From assembly GCA_965235115.1 (NCBI GenBank), contig OZ249445.1, positions 13,826,001 through 13,890,000 on the forward strand: a DNA stretch of 64,000 bases, read 5' to 3'. The notes under the pieces were generated by a model that saw only the letters and a list, made by a program, of their open reading frames with translations, was not told the DNA's origin and made no database searches. Source of the DNA: Laetmonice hystrix. Its lineage: Eukaryota. Position numbers and translations under genes: made by a program. Below, in pieces: positions 46,649 through 59,445 of this stretch. Position 1 is the stretch's first letter. Every line of letters starts with the position of its first letter.

Positions 46649-49600
46649 TGCTTGATGGTTGCCGTGGTAATGTACTCAGGAAACAACTCAATGGGGTGGA
46701 GCCTGGAAAAAACAACCAAAATAAAAATATACTTACATCGACAAGCACATACATTTTATATACACACTGAGAGATGTTTAAGGCACCAATTATCATCCCA
46801 GTTAAACAAAGTAAGATGCTCTTGCCACAGGTGCACTCGGTACTTCTACCCCCCCCCCCCCCCCCAAAAAAAAAAAACCGTTAAAGGGAGGGAAACCCCC
46901 CACGGCAAATAAGGTTTCGTAGACCAAATGAAACACCAGCATTTAGCTCAGGGCAATAAATGCCCCAATTACGTTGTCTAAATGAAGTAATTAACGTGTA
47001 ACCGCCCTATATTTAGAATTTTGTTTCGAAACCTTTAGTAACATATTGATATGATTTCCTGGCATGACGAAAAGTCAATATATTTAGCCAGACCTTTCCT
47101 ACAGTGTAGCTTACGGGAAGGACTTTTTGGTGTAAGCCCTTTGAGACACAGGCAAGATGTAACGACAGTATAATGCTGATGGGCACAACGTATTGTTGTC
47201 CTGTTATATACACATAGGCCTTGAGGTACCGTGGCATAACATGTAGGATGATGGATCCAAACCGTTACCATGGTATTGGATCGTCCAGCGCCTACCTGTC
47301 TCTGAAATGTTTATTTCTACCCCCCCCCCCCCCAACCACGCTATCCACCCCCACCCCCTCCACCCCCATCCAGCTCCCACGCCTGACTGTCTGCACATGA
47401 TGCATCACCAGATCTCTGCTCAAACACCGGCCGAGCCAGCCTCAGGAACATGGCATCTTCTCGTCAGATTATTACGGCATGGTCGACCACTGCCTTCCTG
47501 GCCTCACGCTCAGTGACACGGACCCCGCCAGCGCTCTCTATCTCATTCTCAACACACACTACTTTTTGTTACACTTTGTACAAATGAAAGGGCACACAGA
47601 ATAACTTACAGTTTTTCCTCTTGGCGGTTGGGAGGCGAAGACTGACCAGTCAAAGAAAACGATGTGAAATGAAATGAGTCCATACAAGGAAAATTAAATT
47701 ATACAGTTGCGGTAACAGGAACAAAAGAAAAAATGGTAAAAATTTGAATGTGGAAGACTTTCAGTCCAAGCATACAATTTTTCACTTTTTCGTCAGTCTG
47801 GAAAACCTTGTCATTTTGTGCAAACGGTTAAAATACTGAAGTGTTTTACCTGAAAATGTCTCAGCTTGCTAATTCAGGTCTCCTGAGCAGCAACACTCTC
47901 CCTAAGCCTGTTATCATGCTGATCACTCATGATCACCTCCTCGGGGATCAAGGAGTAACCCCAGCAGACATAGCTAACGGAGTTACCCTCATGGCGTCTC
48001 CTCAGCCGACTCCACGGTACAGGCACAACCAACACCCACTGTCCTCTGTATACGAGTACGGTCTAAAACCGCATACATTTCACAGGTCTCGTCATATGGT
48101 TGTTACTGAGACGGTACTTTTTCTTGATGTTTGATGTTTTTCATCCTCTGCCTATCGGCCTGGAGGCGACTCATATTGTACCGTCACAGATTCTTAACGG
48201 ATTACGAGTGGTGTCGGCATCAGCTTCACCTGTGTTGGCTGCCAGTCGCACCTGCAGACTAAGTGCATCGTTTTTCTTACATTATCAATAGACCATGTTT
48301 GAACGGGTATCTCTGAGGTGACTGAACTGCTGTGATACTGTAACGGTGGTGGGTACACTTTCAAGGTCAGAAACGACTGAAATGTCCCAACAGAAAGGCC
48401 AGGAAGAAGGCAGAAATAACTCAAGAGAAAAGGTCTCAAAGTTCCCCCATTGAACAAACATTTTGTCAAAGCCACACAACATCTACCGCGCGTTCGTTTT
48501 TAACCGTACGTTGTCACGACAGAAACCCATTGATGTATGTCAAGATCACCTCAACTTCTATCTCTAACCCCCCCCCCCCCTCCCCCCCCCCCCCGTACCT
48601 AGGGACCTCGTCATACACTTAACTAGTTGCAGAGATGCACCACTGGACGCTGTCATGCCTGTCTAGGATACCGTTCACAACCGGACCCTGCCATCTCTTG
48701 TCTTAGTGCAGCAGCCAAGCACTCTAGCAATGGAGTGCTGAGAGCCTCCTCATCATGGTTGCAGCCAGAGACCTCGAGACCACCAGAACGCCAGGCTCTA
48801 GGGAACAGTTTGCGACAATGGCACGGCTGTGAAATTGACGTCTTCATCTTATCTCGTCCTCACGGCAAAGCTGGTCTGACCTGAATGGCACATTAAGGCG
48901 CATTCTTTCAATTGCCTTCTAAGGACATCCTGGGTTACGAAGGAATTCTTACAACTGACTGAAACCAGTCCTTAATGAAGTGTTTGTTTGCACCCGACGC
49001 GTGAGGTGCTGTCAAGATTCATTTACAATTTTTTTAGACCTCTTTCACTCCCATGTATTCATATAAGTAGCCCTGTCTGAACGTATACCATGCAACGTGC
49101 TTGTTGCAATAGAAGCAAGGTGGTGATGAAAACCAAACAGCTTAAGTTCTAAATGGCCTTGCCAAACACTGATGGCTTCATAAACCTTCCAACAGCAAGG
49201 CTTTCAGTACCAAATGACGTGTCGGTGTTAGGGAAGGCCCTCTAATACATACCACCGTCCCAGTGGAGAATCCGATGAAGGAGGGGTGCACTCCTCCGGT
49301 CCCTGAGCGGAGGTTTCCCGGCACAGTCAAGGCATGGTGGGTCAATAAGCCATGTTTGGTGAAAGTGACTGAACCACACCACTGAGATGATCCATCACAC
49401 TGCCAACAGCTCCCACCTGTTTCTCACCTGGTCAGTGGAGTGTAACCCTGCCCGTTGGGCATCAATCAGGGTGGCTGGTCGTGTGACCGTCCCCCTGAGA
49501 TTCTCAGTTAGCACATCGTGTATCCGGGAATGGGGACAGAAACTAGCGCCCTCCCTCCGCTCACGTCATGACTCTCAATCAGTTCTCATCACTCATCCTC

Positions 49601-50219
49601 TGAGCTCGCCTTGCTATTCATTCCTAGAACCTTGCTACAGAATGCTGCTACATTCTGCGTTCGGACCTGACTATAAATGGTCAGTCCTCTCCCCACTCCA
49701 TCTACCCACCAGCTCTATGTAATTATAAAACATCACTTCACAAAATCTGATCGTCCAATGCAGAATCTACTTCAAGTCCTCCTGCAGACAACATCTGACA
49801 GAGACATTTGGCATTGGTAGAGGACGCTGGCGCCCAAGTTTGTCAGGTCATCTGTCACGGTCCCACTGCATGAGGGAACACGTCCGTACCAAAGGGATTG
49901 AGTCAGTGAAAGGCTCGCATAACAGGCATGACTTCAAAGTTGTTGTTAGCGAGTTGATAAAATATGTTGACCTGAAAAACTCCACGAGTAGAACATGTCG
50001 TTTACATTGGCTCCAAAGGTTTCCAGAAAGTTATATGAGCAAGCGGCGTCACCTGGGGCTTTCACTCAAACTTAGGATAGAGTTTGGGCTTCCCTCGGAA
50101 CGCCTGGCTTGAGGTTGACACCATGCTAAATACCAAGCTAAGCATATTATACCATAGCAATGATTTCAATTGCTAAAGATCATTATATTAACGAACTCAC
50201 TTGCAAAAACCAATGGCCA

Positions 50220-50508
50220 TAAAGCTGTGAACACATGTAGCGTTTTTGCGGCAGCGGCAACGATAATACGGCAATGCGGCAGCGGCCAAAAAAATCGCCA
50301 AAATGAAATCCAGTGAATGTGTACATATGCGTACGGTAACGGCAATACGACTATCCGACTATCTGCCAGGTAGATAGTCGGATAGTCGTATTGCCGTTAC
50401 CGTACGCATGTGTACACATTCACTGGATTTCAATTTGGCGATTCTTTTGGCCGCTGCTGCATTATCGTTGCCGTTGCCGCAAAAACGCTACATGTGTTCA
50501 CAGCTTTA
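50220..50508. mobile_element. Fold-back (palindromic) MITE, ~285 bp
   Basis: Arms (TA)AAGCTGTGAACACATGTAGCGTTTTTGCGGCA... are reverse-complementary almost to the centre (7-nt loop at 50365-50371); flanks fit a TA TSD or a PIF/Harbinger TAA/TTA target. Confidence 0.9.
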
Positions 50509-51888
50509 GGCTTCTCAGTCCCCGAAAGTTGTAATCGCACGTTTCTTTAGATTCTATCGGATAGCACGTTTACATTATGGGAAAACAGCATCAATTTTCC
50601 GGCTATATGCGATAGTCTTACGAGGACACGAGGAGGGGACAATGACCTTTGTCTAGCTGCTTAGTATACCATTACACTGACGTAATGAGGAGACACTTGT
50701 TATTGACTCTCCCTGGTTCACGACGACAACGGTTGCTGTCTGGCCTGTTTGGATACCAGACCAAGGTCAGACTGACAGGACATGCGTTTCCTGCCATGGA
50801 TTATAATGATATCGTCACCCAATACGTCCGAATGAATCCTCGCGAATATAGCAGATCAATTACGCAGAACTGTCAAAACAAGACTAGATTTCAAGCCATT
50901 TGAGTACCTCAGATCAGAGCGTGGACCAGTCTCCCGCCGCTTGACCTCAGTACTTCACCTAGACACTAGGGGGCTCTGATTGTTCATCGCTGTGAGACCG
51001 AGCGTTAATTTTTGCTCTCTTACTGACCTCATGCGGGACCTTCAATTCTTCTGAGGCTTCCCTTCCTACACATTTCTACAGCCTAGGTGATGGCTGAAAT
51101 ATCTCCCCGTGATTTCTTCATTTCATTATTTCAAAAGGCCCGATATTTTCTCTTCTTTTAAAGAAGTTCATACAGTCGATGAATATAGGACTGAAACCAG
51201 AAAACTTGGTGTGCTCCAAACTTTCAAATAACAGTCTAATCTACCACTTAATAACTTGGGTTCACGAGGGGGGACAGCAGGGCCCTCTGTGGAGTCAGTG
51301 CTGTAGTCTGAGGTGATGTTAAAATGACTTGATCCAGCACGTAATGGGTGAAGCCATTGTCTATAGCAGTGTGTCATCGAGAACACCAATGTAAACAATA
51401 CCCACCCCAGCATGGAGTAAGGATCCTCGGGTAGGCTGTTGTAATTTCTTGATGTGTTGTATTTGGATTCTCGCCCGGAGGGAGCGTGGCGCCCCTCAGG
51501 AGCATGTAATGATGTATTGTTCTGGGCCTTTCAGCTCCTGCTACAATTACACACCCGCTTCAGCATTCTGAATATAGAACTAACTAAACACATTGCTTTT
51601 ACTGCCAACGTGTTATCATTGGTAATTGGTAATACGCATTTATACTTCTTGAATTTTTTTTGGTACAGCGAATTGTACGCCATAACTTGTCTAAGTCACA
51701 AAGGGGAGGGCCCAGGAATTTCGGAGTGGGGGGGGGGGGGGCTTGCCTATTGGTGACAAGAAATCTATCATCAGTGTCGGCGACAGGTCAATTCAAGGTC
51801 AGCCTCCTCAAGGTCAGCCTCCTCCTTTCATATTCCATGTCTCTCATCATCAAATGATTTCATGCTTGAGATAAAACATTGAAATGAG

Positions 51889-52049
51889 TGAAATCATCAG
51901 ACCTCTCTGTACTACCATAAACACCTCAAACTGCCGACTGACAACGGTCATCAGTATTTGTTATCTTGAAATCATCAGACCTCTCTGTACTACCCGTCAT
52001 AAACACCTCAAACTGCCGACTGACAACGGTCATCAGTATTTGTTATCTT
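51889..52049. repeat. Tandem duplication, ~80 bp x2 (second copy has a 4-bp insertion)
   Basis: TGAAATCATCAGACCTCTCTGTACTAC...CATAAACACCTCAAACTGCCGACTGACAACGGTCATCAGTATTTGTTATCTT repeated. Confidence 0.95.
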
Positions 52050-53840
52050 CCGGGTTCCTGCATTGTTTAGTATATAAAGATCTGAAACTCTCTGAAACGC
52101 AAAATAATCGGAGGTGAAAATGTTGATTGCATGGTGCCCCAAGTGATAACCGGAGTAAGGTTGAAAGGGGCGTCCGATCAGGACGACCTTTTCAAATACC
52201 AGAAACTCGATCCAATCCAAATCAAGGCACCACACTTTCTGCCCGTGATTTCTTCATTTCATCATTTCAAAATGCCCGAGTTTCTCTCTTCCTTTAGAGA
52301 AGTTTAAAAACAGACAACACAAAAAGCAAAGCACACTTGAAGTTGCCATTTCTTATTTCATATTCTATTGATTCAACTGGTTGAAACATCATCTTTGCAC
52401 AGACCAGAAATCTCTTCAGTAAAACCCATTCTTCATATCGCATCTTAAAACTGTACTTGATTCAGGAGATGTTTTTTTTTAAATTCAAGTCCATAGATAG
52501 GTACACAGCTGGCTGTTACCTCAATACTGCATGCGTCTGCAGTATAAAAACGTCAAGTATAAATCAGGAGCAAACCTGCGTGCTAACAAGCAACTTCAGG
52601 AAGGTGTAGGTGAATTCGCGTCCCCTGGCCGCCCTCTCTCTCTCCCTCTCAATACTACCAGGCCGCTGTGGGTATTTCACGTGCGAGTTCATCACCTCAC
52701 CTGATATTTATCACTGGTCAACCTCGAGGGCGGCAACGGGTACACTTGGGAGAAACCATCATTTACCTCCCTCCCCAACAACAAAAAATTAAAACTCCGA
52801 TACGTAAAAATTATTCGGTGTAATGTTAATATGAGGGGTTACGGACTTCTTTAAGGTATCACCCCAATCAGCTGATGTGGACTTACACATCCATAAACCG
52901 GTGCTGGCCCCTAGGCCACTGAACAGACAAGCGCCGCTTCGCCCCATTCACGGCCTCCAATCCATTTAACGGCTGGGGCCGTCCAGCCAAGCAGACTGTG
53001 CCTCGGCTGAGTGTCTCTCTGCAGTAGCCCGCCAGTGGGTACACAGTACCACAGCACAGGCGGCTCGATAAAATAACTCCATATAATCCAAGGGACGCCT
53101 GCTGCACACTCCTAATCATCACCACATGTCTAGATGTGGCAGCAGCTATAAATCCGATAATTGGTGCAATGCATTTACAAAAGTTTACGTTTTTTTCTTT
53201 ATTTCTAATTCAGAAAGATGATATCCTACAGGATGAGACGTTGCTGAATCCTGGCTCAAGCTGGCCTTACTGTATGTGCATCACTCAGCCGAAATTTCTG
53301 CTCTTATCAAACCAGCAGCAGCGAGTAGCCTATACTTCTCCGTTAAATTGCAGGAATAACAATGGTTCACCGAGATGCCAGGTCAGTTTCATCTACCATG
53401 ATATGTCCTCACTAAGTAGTTTTAATATCATTAACCTTAAATATCCACCCCATCCCAAATCACCAAGCACTAACTTACAGACCTCTATCAAAGGAGATTG
53501 ATACAAATCAGCTCTGACTGCAGGAGCTCTACCACTGTTGACCACAAGAGCCGGCTGCTACTAGATAGAGGTGGTGTGATTAAGGAGTATGATTGAAAGG
53601 CGTCCCATTCACTCTGACCAACGTAGACCTCGTAATAATACACTGTCATTGTGTGGTAAATTTGTCAGAACGTTCAACTTTGATCTGAAGAAGAAATACT
53701 CCTGCAAGATGACCCAAAAGCACAACTAAGTCCTTCTGCCTTAGAGATATTTCCCCCTACTGTGGAAGCCATCACTTTTGTATGTTGCAGAGAGAGTACT
53801 CCATTAATCAAACCCGAAGACGCCACTTTGCATCTTTAAA

Positions 53841-53945
53841 GCAGGAACCTTGCAGCCTTCCCTCCTGACCCGCTCCCCCTGAACACTCAGCAGGAACCTT
53901 GCAGCCTTCCCTCCTGACCCGCTCCCCCTGAACACTCAGCAGGAA
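53841..53945. repeat. Perfect 49-bp tandem duplication plus a partial third copy
   Basis: GCAGGAACCTTGCAGCCTTCCCTCCTGACCCGCTCCCCCTGAACACTCA at 53841 and 53890. Confidence 0.97.
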
Positions 53946-55362
53946 GCCTGTAGCCATTTGCTGGCCACGGTTCCAGCAACGGCCACCAATGATCGCCTCA
54001 GTAGACAAACCCTAGGATTGCCTCTAATTTCACAAGTAACTGGACTTTCCAAGTGTTCCCCGCCGCCAGTTGCTATCAGCACCACATCAAAGCATATGAA
54101 GATTGGAAATATCAGCCATGGGGAGCATCGGGCGGTGACATCAAAGGGTTGCGTGATCGATGACCGCGTGGGCCTGAATCCACGGCTCTGGTAGGTGTCA
54201 ATCGGGAGTGGGCGGGTGTGGATGGACCAATAGTCAGAAACGTCACTGCTCGCCATTCTCACTCACTTTACCATCGCAAACATTGGGGTGGAAATCGAGA
54301 TCTTAATTACTCAACAACTGCCATCTTGGCCAAGTCGTAAATCGGTGGGGGGGGGACGAATTCTTAAGTTACAAGGAAGAAGAAAAGATCAGCTAGCGTT
54401 AACCTTGATGGAGCGGTAATTGCTAGGGCGAAATATTGAGTGCGTGAGTGGTGGCGAGAAATAGGGATACACTGAAACTAGAGATAAGACCAAAATAAGT
54501 GAATTCATACGGAATAGTGGAAGTATGACCATTCTTATAAAACTACCATAACACAATGTACAGCTGTACCAGATTTTCCTTTCTTAGAAATCATTTTACG
54601 TTTCTAAATGGTTAAAGGGAAAAATCCAGATTATTTCATCCGTCCTATTCTGTCTACAATGATAGAGCACATTCCGTGGGTTGCGACCTTGCCTTGTGCC
54701 ATGTAACTGTGGACTGGCAACTGCCTGTGACAAACGGATAGCTCAAGTATTTTGACAACTATCATTATGGCTCGATAGTCACCATTTGTTCGGCGACTGC
54801 CGATTGTCAAGCCTGTCGACTTGTTTTTATGGTAGCGCTACTGATGTTGAGGACAAGACAGCTGGCTAATTGTGTGTGTGACGATTCAACGTTGAAAACG
54901 TTGCCTCAACGTGTCAGCAGGTGGTGCTGTAACCGGTTCAGGGCGTCAATAACAATAGGAGCATTTATTTTACTCAACTAGGGGAGAAAAACACTCGACT
55001 CCTTACCAAAATACGCGATAATACTTATTTCAACCAAATCCTACTTATCATTGTCAGATTGAAGACACACATTTTAGCCTGGCAACAAGAGATGCAGGAT
55101 CGTCTAGCGATAACTACTCGTGTTCCCAATGAATTTGTTTAAATTAGGTTTCGACTTCCGCTGTTGCTCAATAACATGTTCTTTCGCTGGGTGAACGTGA
55201 ATACATCAGTTGTATGCTGGAATTCTGAGCCTCAGTGCGTTGGAAAAGATGAACATGAAAATGTCATTATGATCTATGTGAAAGTGAGCCATGTGAAGTA
55301 CTGCTCACTGAAGTAAGACTTACAGTTACACCAGGCCAGTACATTGTGGTTGTAAGCCGGGA

Positions 55363-55386
55363 ACATACATACATACATACATACAT
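55363..55386. repeat. (ACAT)6 microsatellite
   Basis: Read directly from the sequence. Confidence 0.95.
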
Positions 55387-58300
55387 ATATATCAGCCAGT
55401 ATCCTTACCAGTATCAGTTCGTTATCTTTAATGAAACTGAGGTCATTGCCATTTACCTCGATCGGAAGGTAAAAAGGTTAATCAGGCAAGTATTATCCTC
55501 AAACAACGGCCTGTTATATAGAGGCCATAGGCAAATCCTAAGCAGCTCAACCAAAAGATGTGTAATACAATATGCCAGATATCAGAAATAATCCTAGAAT
55601 TTTCTTATGAATCTTAAAATAAGACGTATCTCAAGGCTTCTCATGCTTCGGCCGGATCAATAGGTTTAGGTTTCGGTCACATCCACTTTTGTCACTATCT
55701 GATCGCAACATGACACTCGGCCAGGTCCCTTTGTACAATTTCATATTATTTTGTACCAACCCGTCCACATGTATTGAGAAACGATTGTGGAATGACATTT
55801 TCGAATTGAGCGATTTAAACGTTGGTCAATTTAGCATGACATTGTGAAATTATTTCCAGGTCATCACAAAATGCTGATCTCTTTACGAAATGAAACATTC
55901 TGTTAACATGAATATATGCGTAGAAACACAAACATTGGGGAGGAACCAGTTGAGACCATGGCGCTCCGATATCGTACACAGGCAATATAAATGCTAACAT
56001 CTCCAAGGACCAGGGGACAAAAACACTATCAGGCTTCGCCACTATCATGCAGAATGGGATAATGTTGACTTTTTTCTCTTTCATACTAAGTCCGATGATT
56101 ATCGACTTGTGTGGTTTAGTCGTACAAAACACGATACCAGTAGTATTGACATATTCCTACCATTCTCGAGGAAGGGGAAAATAGTGGTCATGCAGCCTCA
56201 AAATCCTGAACAGCATGATGTCGGTCTGTCTTCTACTTTCTCATACACGCGACAATGTCAGAAACTTCTACCCCATTTTTATCCACTAATTAAGTATTTG
56301 TGGGAATTCCTGGGACATCTGCTCCAGTGTTCCGTCTCTTGACAACCCACAGTCACCCCGTGAACACTTTTCATTCGATGCCTCCTAATCAATGAAATCA
56401 ACGCTGTGGAAATTCCTGTCGACTGCAATGAGTCACCGGAGCTCGGGGAATTTGCTTCCTAGATTTCGTCTGCCCTCGCAGCTGATCACTAGAGGGCGCT
56501 GGGAGCAGTGATTACCGCCGCTGGTCCGGGAGCGTCTGTTTATTACCATATATGTACGGGTGTGCCCATCAATTCGCAACTGTCCGCTTCCTCCAGTGTT
56601 ACACAAATAACTCCAACCCATCACATTGGCACATTTTTGGGTAGGCGTCTCAATTTTTTTTTATATTCAGTAAACCGAACCTGTGTACGGCACAACTTGA
56701 GGGAAGGAACCATTTCATGATTTGTCTCCTTTTCGCGGTAGCAAAAATTACCACCTCTTGTCGGATATGATGTTTGCTATGTTGTCGCCAACAGCCATTC
56801 AATGACATCATCCAGTAATTATCTGACTGGGTTGTATGGGTATCCTCTCAGTCAAATATGACAAACAACACAAAATAATATTGTTGAAGAATTCTTCAAA
56901 GCTATCGGGAAATGTCTTCACCGTCGAACAATCACATGTACGATTGAAGACAAACAGTTTCAGGTGGTCAGAGGTCTTTATCACAATCAACTCTTGTGGA
57001 ATGTTTCAGTCAGACGGCCAATGGTAAGTTAGAGATATGGAATAGGTAAGATGGTACAGATAGAGAGATCACATAGAGCATACAATAACTCGAGTAAACC
57101 TACAATTACGTGATTACTCCTGAGAAAATACCCTGCTGCTACTAAATACTGCGCCATGTGTCAGACTTGCCAACCGTCATAAGAAAAGACACGGAATTGC
57201 CAAGTTTCATGGAAGCATTCACCACACGTGTGAATGGTCTGACCCGACTGCCGACCACAAATTGGACTTCTGGGGCAGGAAAATCACCCGAACATCTCGG
57301 CCCTGCACACTGCGCATCCCTACCGCCCTGAGAGCCACCTGTCTGCTGACCCCTGACCTCCACCCACTGCTGCCATCTGCTGGAGGTCAAACACTGTCTC
57401 TCCCATGTCATGCCCTCACGACCGTCCACTTTAAGCATTTGAGTCAGAAATATTATGCAGGGACTTTTAACATCCGTAATGTTGTCACGAATTCCAACGC
57501 TCAAGTTTCCATGCACTATGCGCCTCAAAATGCTTGGGCTGAAATAAAAGCCCGACCTCGCCTTCGAGGGTAAGCCTATATGGAAATCACTGTGTCAATA
57601 AACCAACAGACTGGACTTCTGGACTTCACGCAACCCTTTCTTTGTTTATATTTCTGCTGAAGAAGCTAACGGCCCCCTTGTCTGTGCCATCCGTCCATTT
57701 TAAGGTTCCATGACTCAATAACATGGGGACGTGTAGTTGTTCCTTGCGCCTATCCCCGGTGTTCCTGACACAGGCCCATAACTGGGCACGTCTCAGTGTC
57801 CTCAGCCGGTCGCAGTAAGCAGGCCGCAGGTTTTTAAAACAACACAATTTCCTCAGGTGCACTGTGACTGCTAGCGTAGCTGAAGATTCATTTCTCGAAG
57901 TCCAAACATCTGAGGTAAATCTATAGAGCAGGCTTTATAAATAATCAATGGTGACGGGGGGTTCTACGAAAAATGGCTCATGTCGGAGCGCATAAAATAT
58001 CCTGCCTAAGTTTGGACAAATAGGCCGTAAATTCGTAGAGGATTTGGTGCGCCTGAGGCATAAACTCTAAATTCGACCCCCTTATAAAATCAATACCGTA
58101 TAGCAGAAAGTGCTGGTGGAGTTCTAGTGTTAAAGGTCTCACACTTAATATAATCCCGACATTGCAATGCTAGACTAAAGAAAGCCCATCTCTATTGACA
58201 ACCACGCCCTACAAAACGAAGCATCATGTCTGATCATAAAATCCTAACAGCTTTTAACCAGTGGCCGATGCTGTGTACAGGCTACCTGAAAGGTGTCTAA

Positions 58301-59302
58301 TGAGAAGGCTGCACACATATCGTGACTGGCTTAGAGCTTGTGATAACCTAACAATACATCCAACTCCCGCCCCTCTCCTCGCATTCAACCTGTAGTGTTA
58401 AGGCGACACCATGAAGCGTCTGGCTTCCGTTCACTTAGTTCTGGCGATCTTCTTCAATTTTCCAGTTGGGAGTTAACTCGCTGCTTGCTATGCTGCTCAC
58501 TGCTGACGACAGAGAGCCAGACTTGGCCTGCCCGGGTGTATCATCTCCACTCCGACTCGAGAATGATCATTACCTGACCGTCTGCCCGTCCAACGCTAAC
58601 CGACACTAGCCACGTGCCGTGGTAATTGTATAGAGACTGGCGCCAATGAAGTCAGCCCGCTGCAATTCAATATCAGCCCATCGTGGCCGGGATTTTCTCC
58701 AGCCACTGGCGCTCCTCTTCACCGTGCTGACCCAACTTAATGTGACGCGCTCAAATTGATCGTTGTCACAGGAGCAAGAGACTGTGCAACGCCAAATGTG
58801 AAATTAATTGATATATGGACGTATCTTTTCTTTATCATCGCACGCTCTTTTCAGGTCAACATCAAAAATTGTCTTGTAATGGTATAACAAGGTTTGTACA
58901 GCTATTCTAGGACAACTGACATGATCAGTTTATCATCGGCCACACACAGTGATAAAAGGTAACATCATCACAGCAGTCATTATTCTCCGATACGAAATCC
59001 ATTTATTTACAATGACGTTTAAAATTTCTTCTGGCAACGAAATAAAGCCATTCAAAATGTCGGTAATAGATGATATTTCTTTCTACAAATGAATTCCTGT
59101 TGAGGGCCAAGAACATGTGTTCATTCTGTCAACCGTTTCACCATTCTTGCAGTAACTGCAGTCAATAGGACAATACAACAGTTTATGAGCATAATGGATA
59201 TAGAATCCTTCAATGTACCATTAAAACATAGGTATTCCTTGTATAACTTGTTTGGAATATTTTTATGACAGGATCTGAGCCGGACATCTCAGCTCATCTC
59301 AT

Positions 59303-59445
59303 CCCGGTTTCAGAAAGGTTAGCATCTTAACTTAAGCTCTGCTCAGGACCTCTGATTGGCTGGTCCTCTGCTGTTCAGCTTCAACCAGCCAATGCGAGCC
59401 CCTAAGTAGAGCTTAACTTAAGATCATAATCTTTCTGAAACCGGG
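59303..59445. mobile_element. Short palindromic MITE (Harbinger-like termini), 143 bp
   Basis: 38-bp inverted arms CCCGGTTTCAGAAAG..ATCTTAA.TTAAGCTCT with 4 mismatches; inverted CTGATTGGCTG / CAGCCAATG inside. Confidence 0.8.
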
